A stretch of 44,450 bases of DNA, counting the filler, from Sphacelaria rigidula (lineage: Eukaryota): the NCBI GenBank assembly GCA_964200075.2. It is 2 parts of 2 records of this genome, joined end to end, with 100 filler letters (N's around TTAATTAATTAA, not from the genome) between each part and the next. Parts side by side here need not be neighbours in the genome. Positions count along the whole stretch, not along the records: positions 1 to 22,179 come from CAXNAA020000347.1; positions 22,280 to 44,450 come from CAXNAA020000348.1. The stretch is one strand, 5' to 3'. How positions within the stretch are numbered: the first letter of the stretch is position 1; each line of letters opens with the position of its first letter. The notes under the pieces are model-generated. The model was not told where the DNA came from. It made no database searches and saw only the letters and a program-made list of their open reading frames with translations. Of this stretch, positions 12,285-23,784 are shown one piece after another. The translations under genes and the position numbers were made by a program.

Positions 12285-12579
12285 TTGAGTTTTTGTCGTG
12301 GAACGGTGGGCGACCTCGGTCGGCTTATGAATATTCAGTATCTAGAGGGAAAATATCTGACAGTCCCGCCCGCTCAACCATGTTGGTAGGCCAGAGGTAC
12401 ATCCTGAAATGTGAAAACGACACCTATGTCCTAGGGTGCGCGAAAACGAACCAGTGGGTTCGAGGTTTCGGCGTAAGTCGGGGGAAAAAAGCGTTTTTTT
12501 ACTTGTTTTTAGAGGATACTCGGGTACATGGGTGCGTAAAAATGTTTTTCGTGCACCCCTGGTTCGGCTGCTGCGAATC

Positions 12580-13665
12580 CTGTACAGGCTGGTCCAGATT
12601 GAATACCCAAAACTTATTCCCCGGCTGATGACGAACCCAATACCCAGCCAATATGCACAAATGTGGTATCATACTGACCACAATGAGCAGACAAAAATGG
12701 TGACAGCCATATTTTTGTTTAAGCTATGGACAAAAGTATATGTCTCGACCAATCAGCGCTCTACAATTGTTCCGAAATTGAAAACACGAATTCCAAGCCC
12801 GATTTCCACCGAATCTCCACATTGTTCAAATCGCAGTGACCGTCATCAGCCTGGGAATCTAACGGGAGAAACAGAGTTGAAAGCGGTTCCAACGGGGTCG
12901 AATTTTGCCCGAAACCGTAATGTTTCGGTGATGCGGAGCTTTGGCGTCGTCTAATTTCCACTCATAGTATGTACGAAAGACTTACCGACCCTCGTGACGA
13001 TTCCCCTATTATCTGTTGCAGTAAAGCTCAGATCATCCTCAAACTTGGCATTTCCGTAGGTATTGATGCTCCAAATGGAAAAATTGCATTCTTAGTAAGG
13101 TTTGAAAGTTTCTCCGTTCTCTACCGGCTTCCGGGGGTCCAAGCATAAAGACCCCCGGAAAGCGGTACAGAATGCCTCAACACCAAAATTTTGACACCTT
13201 CGGATTAGTGGTATCCCAAGGAACATGTGTATCAGTTCTCGTTGCTCAACTCGAAAAACTGAATCGGCTGGGTCTTTCACCGTAACAACAACCCTCAAAA
13301 AGGGCGATTCTATACTTCAATCCAGTAATTAGGGGGTCGCGCAGACTTCAGCGCACGTTTTGGCACTTTCTCACGCCGTTTTTTCGAGTTAGACCACGAA
13401 AATTTGCACACATGTTCTGGAGGGCACTATCTAAAACTCGAAGACCGGAGTTTTTTTTATGTTTTTTGTTGGTGGCTTTTTATCCAAGGTCCCGATTGAC
13501 CTACTTGACCGGGGGAGGGGTCAGATCCCGAGTATCTCGACCCAGATCCCGAGTATCTCGACCCCAAAACCCAAAACCGAAAAACCCCGGTCTTCGAGTT
13601 TTAGATAGTACCCTCAAGAACTTGTGTGCAAATTTTCGTGGTCTAACTCGAAAAAACGGCGTGAG
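12580..13665 (-). repeat. Interspersed palindromic repeat family, copy B
   Basis: Reverse-complement homolog of copy A. It has a hairpin at 13117-13172, a ~79-bp inverted repeat at 13370-13448/13587-13665, and an internal 21-bp tandem duplication cagatcccgagtatctcgacc. Confidence 0.8.
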
Positions 13666-14655
13666 GAAATCCCGGGGAATGAATTTTGCGCGTCCAATCT
13701 GAACCAGCTCGTAGGCCAGAACTCACAGCTCGAATTTCGTTTAAGCCCCAACCCGAAGTACTGGCGGTCATCTACGCCCGTTCTATTGCCCTTCTCCACA
13801 AACTAGTGACTCTCAGGGGCTGGATTCTTGGAACACAGAAGCCACGGGTGCTACAAGGGTCATACAATGCCGTGGACGCAGCTATATCTCGTCTGGTGAT
13901 GACGTTTGCGTGTACTATATGGTTAGGGCGTGCATACACGCCAAACTCCATACCCATCACCTGTGAGTACCATGTATGTGTCGTATTTTACGCTATTATT
14001 GCAGAACTGTTGCACTCATCACGCTGTTGAGCTGTGTAATTCGTTCGTCGAATGCATTGATTTTGTGTGCTGCAAGCTACTGTTCTCTGTTGAAGACGTT
14101 AGTGTTATTCTTGGAAACAGGAGTGTAAATATTTATATCACGTACATGTGGCCTTCACCAATAATTTGCGTCATGAACCCGCCCCCATCCAATATCGCCA
14201 TGATTCCTACCATTATTTACATCCTGCCATCCATTGCATTTTTTTTACCGAAAAGTAGTCATCTGTGAGAGCTGACCCTTGACAAAGGCGGAGATGCACT
14301 CTCATCTGCAAGATTCTCGACACAGTTTGTGTAACAGTTGATCGTGGGTCTTGACTTTGGGGGTCGCCAGCCCTGAGTGTACATGGAGGAGCGTTTTTCG
14401 CCAGCCCTGAGTTACTCCTCAACCTTGCCGCTACATGAATTTTTATATCGACCGCAACCGCATTATAGCTTTCGCCCCATGTCATCTCATTCATCAAAAT
14501 GTCCAGGGTCTTCCTATGAATTTCACCGTGCGAGGATCAGAATCCTGAGAACATCCACATGCACACAGGGCCGCGGCGAAACATGGCATGATCCACTATG
14601 GCAAGGCCTCAATCTGTAGGACAAGGAGCCCCACATCGGGAAATCACGGCACCAG

Positions 14656-14696
<41 letters not shown>

Positions 14697-15512
14697 CGGG
14701 CGACAAACGCCACCGCCAGACAAAAAACANNNNNNNNNNGGGAAACAAGGGATTGACCACCATGGGCAGGGCCCAAACCGGAGGGAAAAGGGGCCCCCCA
14801 CCGGGAAAACCCGGCCCCCCCCCCCCCCCCCCCCCCGCGCCCAAGCGATCGAGAGTGAGGAAATGACGACATCACGTGGGCAAAAACCATATTCTTGCTG
14901 ACTATACACTAGTGTACAGAATTCAACGATCGCTTCCATCACCTAGGGTTCGCCTCGACGCGAGTAGCTAAAAACCGAGGAGTTTTGGTGAGTCAGTTGT
15001 TCTTGTGGCCATAGGGAAGCAAATTTGCCGGCTGGATGATGACTTTTGAGTCGTGGTGATCGCCGGATATTGAGTGGGTATTGCGTCGCGCTGGCATTGG
15101 CAAGACTAGTGGTTACCGACTCTAGCACTACTGCCAAGCCGCTGTAGTTGGACGGCCGCCATGCTGGGGAGGGCGGTGTACGACGAGTACTTCTGTACTG
15201 CCACTGAATAATGTGCAATGTATATGCTGTGCTTGTGATGTAACTTGACTGCCGGATTACCAACCGGCATAAACTTGTGCTTATATTTGAGATACGTAAA
15301 ATATCTTGATGGTATATGATCATGTACCCTGCCCACGTTTGAGCATACAGCGATGTCCATCCAACGTGTATCTCTACATGCCATCATACTGCTCTGCGAC
15401 ACAACACAGGGAAAAGTTGCAAAGGGAATGTTGTGGACGTGGTAGGGCTAAAAACTGACATGCATGTGCGGTGCAGTACAGCAAGTACTATCTATCAACG
15501 TCATCCATCGAT

Positions 15513-15697
15513 CAGGGGGTACCCCGCCCCCCTAAAATTGGGGGACCTCCTCGCCCTACTGCCCCATGATTCCAGAATGAGTTGTTGGCGACATAAGGGC
15601 TCTGGTGCCGTGATTTCCTCATGTGGGGCCCCTTGTGTGGGAGCACACAATTTTGGCGCAATCGAAACAAAACATTCAAGCCAGGTGGCACCCCCTG
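15513..15697. mobile_element. Small MITE with CAGGGGGT termini (hAT-like ends)
   Basis: TIRs cagggggtacc / ggcaccccctg. The internal segment 15601-15636 is an inverted homolog of 14620-14656. No TSD recognisable. Confidence 0.45.
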
Positions 15698-17203
15698 AAG
15701 TCCGAATGGCCACCTGCTGCACCGGATCTTCTGAGGTCAGACAAATGTACTCTCTTTCTCCTTCATTATGTATCCCTGTTTTGCTTGCATCGTGTTTTGT
15801 TACTTTTAATCGAGGTCTACTTCGTTGTTTTCTTGTTTGATTTCCCCATACAATATTATAGGTGGCTAGCCTGTGAGCACTGAAAGCGTCCGCATCAGAT
15901 GCCCAGTACGAAAGTACCGCGCAGATATCGGAGTAGTTTTTAATCTGAAGACAAGGACAACAATTTGTTGGCCGTGAGATACGCCCACAAGTAATCTTCC
16001 GTACGCAGTACATGTACCGCGCAGATATCGGAACGGTTTTTCATTTCAAGACAACATCAACAATATCAACAACAACAGTAAATGTATGTTGATGTGAGTG
16101 ATCCGTGTTGCGGTTAGTCACCTGTAAGACACCTACATGGAACAAGACTCTGATGCAGCAGGGTGTTCCTCAGGAACGTTGCCCTCTCTGCCGTTATCGG
16201 GATAAAACGGTTTGGTCGAAGGTGCCGATGTTGCATGTGATCTTTACCGCAGTATGACCAACTCCATGAGGTAACACTGAGGTAATCCCTGAAAAGACAT
16301 GCTTAGTTCACAAGGGCTCGACTCACAGGCATGTTATTGGACTTCCTCGATGCTTCTTTGAAGGTTCCTAGGCTTCCAACAATTCACTTCTGAACACGGT
16401 TTGCTCGAAAAACTCCACACGAGGCGTCATTTCAACCAATCATTCCGCGGTGTTAACGCCTTCATCTTCCATTTCTGCATTACTGCAGACCTTACCTGAT
16501 AATTGTGAAGCTCATCACCCCTCACGAACATTTCGGACACACTGGATTCAGACACAAGTCACAAGCCCCCGAGGTGCCACAAACGAAGGGTGCAAAACCT
16601 CAAAATTGCAACACAACCATCGCTGGCAGAGGGTCGTTCAGCCGAGTTTCTGGTTTGTTCCTCTGTACACACCACAATCAAACAACCCTGACACAAACTG
16701 AAGATCATCGCGTGTCGTTTCGCTGAAAGTGTTGGCATCTTGGAGCTTACATCACTCCAGGGGAGATGTGCCAATATGATCGAGTACTCAACGACGGTTG
16801 GCAATCTCGGGATCAACAATTAATGAAGATATCGCGAAATGAAATCGTGACCAAGGGGTTAGCATGTGCACTCCATGTGCACTCGGGCGACGCGGTACAC
16901 CTACATTTGGCGTCAGTTCAGCTCGACGCGCGTAGATGGGTGATGGATCGAATTGAGTATGCCATCGGGTCTGCAGTATAGATTGGGAGGAGGTGTATGG
17001 CGATTTCGGACTACGGGGCAGTCATGTGACACGGTAACTTCCTGCGACTCTCTGATGATAATCTCGGACACTCCACTACACTTGCAGGGTACACATTCAA
17101 TCAACCACGACGCCCCTGATACCCGAGCCTGTGTTGCTACGTCAGCACGTCATGCGCATGTTATGCATCACCCCGGGCGTCACTGAACCGCACTGCAACT
17201 CGA

Positions 17204-17321
17204 CCCTGTGGGGATCAAGTGCTGATTTTTGTTTTTGTGAATCGGCATCATTTTGACTTGAAAAAGACAGTAAATGATGCCGATTCACAAAAACAAAAAT
17301 CAGCACTAGGTTCCCACAGGG
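17204..17321. mobile_element. Foldback MITE, 118 bp, ~50-bp TIRs, CCC...GGG termini
   Basis: ccctgtggggatcaagtgctgatttttgtttttgtgaatcggcatcattt pairs with aaatgatgccgattcacaaaaacaaaaatcagcactaggttcccacaggg. Confidence 0.8.
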
Positions 17322-17805
17322 TGCAAAACAATTCAATTAGTCAATGCTCTCACAATGCCTCGCTGGTTGTTTTCCTTTCAGAATACAACACGTCAGCGTA
17401 GAGATGAGAGGAAACGGTTGAGTATCGCACAAAGCACCGCGGAGTGCTTTGGATGATTCCGTAAGAAGATGAGTTTCGGAGTGTTCTATCGACAATATAA
17501 TGTTGCTAAAATCTACAGATTGAACAATATTTGCATCTTCAGTGCCCCTTGCACAGATCGTACACTCAACAACTCTGAGCCGGCAGCACAAAATACCAGA
17601 CTAAAAAGCAAATGAAAGTCCCGCAACATAACCGACACGACTCTCTTTGCGGCCTCGTTCAGTTAACTCGACTGTTAAAAATTCCCAGCAAAACTACTGA
17701 CAGAAGGACGCCGGGCTTGAACACGAAGTGGCTCTGTAAAAAAACGTTGGGCGCCTAAGAAATCTAATGCAGCTTCGGCCATCTACATCGCGTCTGCACT
17801 GAAAC

Positions 17806-20374
17806 CTAAGCAGCTTCTGCCATGGCGGTGACTCCCACCATGGACTCAAATCTGTCCACTTCTCCAACGCTTCCATAGGCAACCTGTGAGCGAACCTGTT
17901 CGTGTGCAGAAAAATAGACAGGTCGAGGCCAAGCAGAGGTGTATCATGTGAAACGTGTATTTTTCGCCATACACAGATAAATTGGTGACGATCTGCTTCA
18001 GCTTCGGCTCATAATCGAAACAAAATGCAAGGGTTCGCGTCCCCCCCGTCACTGTGCTGTTTGACACCATATAGTGAAACGGACGACCTCTCCTCAAATA
18101 CTGTCGTACCTGTCCCCTGCCATCTCGGGTGAGATGCATGAGTACGTACAGGTATACGGGTAGGGGGGGAACGGGGGGGTTGCGAGAGATGAGGGAGAGT
18201 CAAAACAGTGGAAGCGGCGAACGAAGTAAAAAACAGCTCGTCAGATTGACCGGACCATCGTAGCATTCTTGGGACATGTAAAGCGAATTCCGTCACGCCT
18301 TTTCATGCCAGTGGCCAGTACACTGAGTCACGCCGGTATGTAATCCTTTTACATGGGATAAGTCGCGAGTCGTCCCGATGGCTCAGTTGGCAACCTCGGA
18401 ACCTTCTCACGGTTGAGTCGTGGGTTCGAATCTCGAAGCGATGTGGGTTTTTTCCGCAACCTTCTCACGGTTGAGTCGTGGGTTCGAATCTCGAAGCGAT
18501 GTGGGTTTTTTCCGCACACAATGCCCAACAGTGGAGAGCGCCCATGTCGTGGGTGTACAATTCGACTTAACGGTCGACGAGGGAAATAGACTGCTGCACC
18601 CCTCTCGCGTTAAAAACACAAGGCAAGCACCGCAGAAAGGAAGAAGGAAAACTACAAAAAAAAAAAAAAAAATCCAGTGTTGGCCTTCTTTCTAACCGAC
18701 CCCGGCTGGTGCGCCCACATGTACCGAAAGGTGTAGAAGGCGTCCAGAATAGGTGACATGACAAGAGACACACATTTTGACATGATACCGTGTTCTGTTC
18801 AAGTGCACGTGTGTGTGTTGTCGTCCCATTTATTCTGGGCGCCAGTCTACCCCTTTCGGGATATGTGGGCGCATCAGCCGGGGTCACACAGGAGGAAGGT
18901 CAATACAGGAGCTTTCTTCTTTATTTGTTTTTAGTACCCCACTGCGGTGCTCTTCTGTTTTTTTCAGGGGGTATTCGCAGGCAATTCCCCAACACCTCTT
19001 TTGCCTCATTGTTGTTTTGCAGCTCCAACATCATGTACCTCAAGAGGCAAATATATAGAAAATGTGACATTTGATAGGTTTAGGCAGGTAGAGCGTGTGA
19101 ATCGCAGCATCCATCACCGCGGGAACAACGTGTTCGGTATTTGGTCCAGTAACGCGCGACTTCAGTAGTGTTGAGTAGTTCTAAAGGCTGATACACCGAT
19201 TCAGCGAATCATGCTGTGCAGTAGGCTTCATGCGGCAGAAGCGCACCATTTCACCGTCTATTATCCAAGTGTTCATAGTGAAAGGTTCAAAGGGTTGTTC
19301 TTCTGCTTTAGCGTGGTGTGTTCTTTGCCGTGGTTAGGAATCGGAGTACCGCACTGGGGGCAGTTGTGCGGTGCCGTTTTGTACCGCACTCTCGCGAAAC
19401 AGAACAACGTGCCTTGCGCTATATGCAGGAAGCTCTAGTTACGGCAAAATCAACAATGTTCCACGCTGTTGTTCAGCATAAATGGGACCAGGTAAGCTAA
19501 ATGAAAAAATAAATCAACGATATTGCTGCTTCATTTGTGCACGTCAGGCATCGACTCATTCCCTTTACCTCAGTGTGGGGGATTTGAATGTCCAGAGCAG
19601 AGCCCACGCCGTCAGATGACTTTCCGCCAGCCTTCTCAATCAGGTATGCGATCGGGCCCACTTCGTACAGCACCCTCAGCTTAGCGGGAGCAGCCGCAGA
19701 TGCCGGGTTTACGAAGATGCCCTTACCCTTGACCATGATCTGCCAAGGAAAACATACAGAGATGGTTATAATCTGCCGAAAAAGTTTGCGTGGGAAACGA
19801 CGGCTCAGGACAGTCGCACAGGCTTGTCGCACGTAGCGCATGGGAGAGCCATATTTGAGTTTCCAGCCGTAGTAGAGTGAAAACCGCCAACAAGGGTGCC
19901 AGGTGCACAACGCTCGAGTCGAGAGATGGAATGCGAAGGAATGCAAGCAAAACTGATGGCATGTACATTCCCACCTGGTTCACGTCTGGTACCATTCCTC
20001 CTGTGTAGCGCAGCTGGTACTTGTTGTCCAGGTAGAAGTTGAAAAGCTCATTGTAACCCGGGTTGTCCTGGAAAATACGTGGAACGAGAGCGGGAGGGTG
20101 TTGAGCAATGATAGCCGCCGACAGTGCATGTTCAAGATTAGACAGATGTGCCGTATCAGTGGTCGAGGCTGTGCCATTTCTCAAATGTGAGGCAGTTTCT
20201 CGGGTGCCGGAAAACTCCTCTATATTTCCTTCACCTGGGTGCCCCTCAGGTTTCCTGGCGCGAACAGCTTGCCGTCGTCGATTGTGGTGAAGCTGTTCGT
20301 CTTCACCCACTGCCCGTGGCGTCCGGAGAAATCGTCGATTAGAAGGAACTCGTGGGAGCCTTCCGCGCCGTCCA
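17806..20374 (-). CDS. SBP: Sedoheptulose-1,7-bisphosphatase (FBPase class 1 family, SBPase type), last four exons; 5' partial
   Basis: complement join(20235-20374,19975-20067,19569-19739,17806-17895), GT-AG, phases consistent. It reads ..[148 protein letters not shown], KLFx[18 protein letters not shown] and QVAYGS are SBPase-type rather than FBPase-type (RYxGSMVADxHR). Confidence 0.93.
18369..18775 (+). mobile_element. tRNA-derived SINE, copy 1, in the last SBPase intron
   Basis: A-box TGGCTCAGTTGG (18379-18390), B-box GGTTCGAATC, an exact 58-bp tandem duplication (18400-18457/18458-18515), an A-rich middle, a 3' GAAA hairpin and a CA-rich tail. Homologous to 35285-35646. Confidence 0.85.
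18808..18960 (-). mobile_element. 5'-truncated copy of the same SINE, tail-to-tail with copy 1
   Basis: The reverse complement reads ...ccttcctcctgtgtgaccccggctgatgcgcccacatatcccgaaaggggtagactggcgcccagaataaatgggacgacaacacacac. Confidence 0.85.
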
Positions 20375-21699
20375 CTGTAAGAGGGGAAGGCAACACGCGA
20401 GAGAGTTCCCGGTCTTATCAGCACCAACTCGCGGGTACACCCTTGCAATGTCAAACGCATTCCCCTCCTCAATTTCGACGCACAGTCCCCTGGTCACGAT
20501 GCAACTCTGCAAGCCTTGTACTTGACAAATAAAATACAGACCGAGGTACGGTACCGGGTACGCTGCTGCCATCTCTACATGCATACAAGTACTCTACAGC
20601 CATGTGCTACAGGCGCGTGCTGTCTGTACTGTTGCTGCACCGCACACTGTGCATGCACCTGTACTTCATGTACTGTCTGCAACAAGTAGCATCATGCCTG
20701 ATGAGGGGCGTTTTGCCGAACTCATTTTTCGGCGAACTTTGATCGCTCTGAAAACAGTATACTTTTCCCGAAAAAGACAGAAAGAGCGATCCCCGAAATT
20801 CCCCCAATCTCGGAAATAATGTCCCTCAGATAAGGGCTCCAAAATTGGTCAAGAGAAATGATCTCGAAAACATCCCCGTACCCTTTCCACAGGTACTCTT
20901 TCAGGTCATGAGCCCGTGATATCTTTCCTGACCGAGGTAGGTGGTCGTTTGTCTCGATGTCAGTTTTCTCAAAAACGAACTGTTTTTGGTGGCTGTGATG
21001 CCACGCCTTGAGAAAAGTCTCGAAAACCCCGTTTCGCGAGGCCGCTCCCAGGTTAACTTCCTGAAATTGGGTTGCAAAACAGATCCTGCCTTCAACTTGA
21101 AGGAAAAACAACGTCGATACGGGCACGTACCACGTACGCCGTGACGCGCAGCGCAACACAAACAGACGTGAACCAGACACACACAGTTCGAGCCGTGGCG
21201 GTTCATCAGCTGAGCCCATTTTGCGTGGTCTCGATCGAATCTTGAATTTGCTCGGAACTCAACATCAGCAATGACGTGTGCCAGAACCACGCCCCACCGA
21301 CATAGAGGGTCAGAACTGCGGGGGTTTTCTGCTGCAAAAGCGCACGCGGCCGCCCTTCCTTCACCACTGGAATGGTTTTCGTCACATCAAGACTGCCGTA
21401 CATGGATGAGCAACATCTAGCGGTGGAGCTAATGCGCGTGGGCGGTGAGTGCTTCGTGTTTGTGTTTCCCGGGGCTCGGTGTGCTCGGTGTGTCGCTGTT
21501 GTGGTTCCTTGTTCCGTCTGTAGCAACCAATACAAAAATAATGAACTCATGACCACTGCCAGAACCGCCACATTTTTCGGTGTGTGTGCAAATCTACCCC
21601 TTGAATCTGGAAACAAAGGCTGTGTCTTGAAGAAAATATAGTGTCAAAAACGTGCGATGGAATCGAATTCACCCGTGCCTGAAACATTCACGACAGTCA

Positions 21700-22179
21700 T
21701 GTTCTCATCCATTTGGAGAACGTAAATGACGTTGACGTATCAGGTACAGGCTGGTTCACGGTGATCACCCAAATTGGGTTTTCAGCAAATGCCTTCCGCA
21801 ATACGCACCCAATAGTCGCATATATGGTATCATACTGACCGCAAGGGAGAGACAAAGAGGGTGACATAGCCGGAATTTTGTTCAAGGCCGTAGCGGTGGC
21901 GCTATGGACGAAAATTTGTCTCAAGCCAATCAGCGCCCTTCAGACTGCTCCGAGATCGCAATTACGAATACCAAGCCCAATTTTCACCCAATCTTTACAT
22001 GCGTCAAATCGTGACACCGTCATCGACACGGGAATATAACGAGAAAATCATATTTTCAAAACGGTTACTACGGGGGTCGAGTTATACCCGAAACCGTGAT
22101 GTTTCGGTGATAGCGGGTGTTGGCGTCGTCTAATATCCACCAATGACACGAACGAAAGACACAGGGAGGCTCGTGACGG
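21700..22179 (-). repeat. Interspersed palindromic repeat family, copy C, cut by the assembly gap
   Basis: Shares ggtatcatactgacc, ccaatcagcgc and cccgaaaccgt-atgtttcggtgat with copy B in the same orientation. Confidence 0.8.
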
Positions 22180-22279
22180 NNNNNNNNNNNNNNNNNNNNN
22201 NNNNNNNNNNNNNNNNNNNNNNNTTAATTAATTAANNNNNNNNNNNNNNNNNNNNNNNNNNNNNNNNNNNNNNNNNNNN
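22180..22279. other. Assembly gap with artificial six-frame-stop spacer
   Basis: The N run contains TTAATTAATTAA at 22224-22235, a standard contig-joining linker. Confidence 0.9.
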
Positions 22280-23532
22280 GTGTTTTTTTGCCCCCGGGGC
22301 CGCAAAAGGCCGGGGTGAGCGGGCCCCAAAAATATGTGGGGGGGGGGGGGGGGGGGGGGTGATGGCTGCGCGCACGGGTTGTAACATTTGAAATTATCCA
22401 CGTACACTGTCCGTGGGTAGATACATCCTTGAGTGTATAGAGATATTGAAACAGATATGCGGGCTAAAAAGCTCGCTTACAGCAAGACAGCGCGACAGAT
22501 ACGCTGCAGTGCCTCGTGCTGGCTGATTTCCTCTCCCCAGGGCCTCATATTGGACCCATGCTGTTAATTCGTAGTGACACTTAGACATCAATCACTGTTC
22601 ATGACTTGGATACTTGTCTGACACTGGTATCGCGCCGCGTGGTCAATCGTACGGCTTCTACGGACAGCTAACACATGAAAGTGTGACGACAGTGAAGACA
22701 GAGTCAATCTCGAGCCAATTGAAATATGTTGCGGAGACGCAGAGACAAGGATTTTGTAGTCGCTTGAAACTTTTATCAAGACGTGAAGAACTGAGAGCCA
22801 TTGAGTGGCGTCAAAGATACTTGAACGAAACAGCGGTGACTTTACCCACAAAGGCATTGCTCATATATCTTGGTACGGAATGCACCACGCGTATTTTCCG
22901 TGTCTGAAGTCAGCGTAACGGTACAGTATCGAAGACATAGGAGCTGAGGTATAAGTGATTTGAAGACAGGTCAAATACGATTCTCAGTCCGGAAACCCGA
23001 CATATTCTGTACTTCGTTCGACTCGTGAAAAACTAAGATATAGCAAAGGAAATGAAACCTTGACAGTGAAACACTCACTATCCCTAGGTTAATGACACTT
23101 TCTGTTTTCGTCGGTATATTGCGTGATGCCATTGCGATGGTCACTCGCAACATCATGACGCCGATCCCAGGGATTGGGGGATTGCATGCATCCTAAGATA
23201 ACGAAAAATTCTGACCGCACTCGCCACGTTCAAGCTTGTGTTTAAGTCATCGCCACCTGACTTTATATCTACAGAGATGTGTTTCAATCGTTCCACCGCC
23301 GCCTATGGTCGTTTAATGGTGTGGTGTGGTTCGAAGATGACAGGGGTCAACCATACAGCTCCTCCCGCACATGCGAAAATTTTGTCACCGTTCACCGTGT
23401 AATGGAAGAGGAGAACTGTGCCTGAGAAACTAATTGACGCTAGCACAACACCGGGCACGATCATCACGACCTCAAGTATTGGAGTATGATTGGACTAACC
23501 GAGGACAAATATGTTCACGAAGGGGTGACAAG

Positions 23533-23784
23533 TGAGTGATGTCGTGATAGCCCCCCCCAGAAACCAGCCCCAAAACTGTCACGAAGAAAATGACCACACA
23601 GCACACGATAGCTGGTTTCAGACTACATGAAGCGCCTCATACGGGCGACATTGGCGAGACCGATCCCAAGCGTGGAAGTTCCCGGCTGCTCGGTGTGCTC
23701 GGCTGTTGTCATTCTGATTCATATGTATACATTACCTCTTGAAATCTGCCACCTTTCTGGGGGGGGCTATCACGGCATCGCTCA
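23533..23784. mobile_element. MITE, ~250 bp, ~31-bp TIRs
   Basis: tgagtgatgtcgtgatagccccccccagaaa pairs with tttctggggggggctatcacggcatcgctca. TSD unclear. Confidence 0.75.

Noticed and set aside
14655..14840. Poly-Pro/poly-Gly ORFs
   Set aside because: They derive from poly-C tracts around an N gap and look like low-quality sequence. The poly-C ORFs at ~33026-33055 are likewise intronic.
15914..16055. ~40-bp direct repeat gtaccgcgcagatatcgga.. spaced ~100 bp apart, as an LTR or TRIM
   Set aside because: No TG..CA ends, PBS, PPT or TSD; probably a local duplication.
16700..17000. Possible non-LTR RT fragment (PLGHDFISRYL on the minus strand)
   Set aside because: A single short motif among many stops; insufficient evidence.
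18369..18440. tRNA gene
   Set aside because: A and B boxes are present but there is no full cloverleaf, and it continues into a body shared with 35285-35646, so it is a SINE.
17806..20374. Fructose-1,6-bisphosphatase assignment
   Set aside because: The motifs [19 protein letters not shown] and QVAYGS are SBPase-type.
22224..22235. TTAATTAATTAA as a biological palindrome or piggyBac site
   Set aside because: It is embedded in Ns and matches a standard scaffolding linker.
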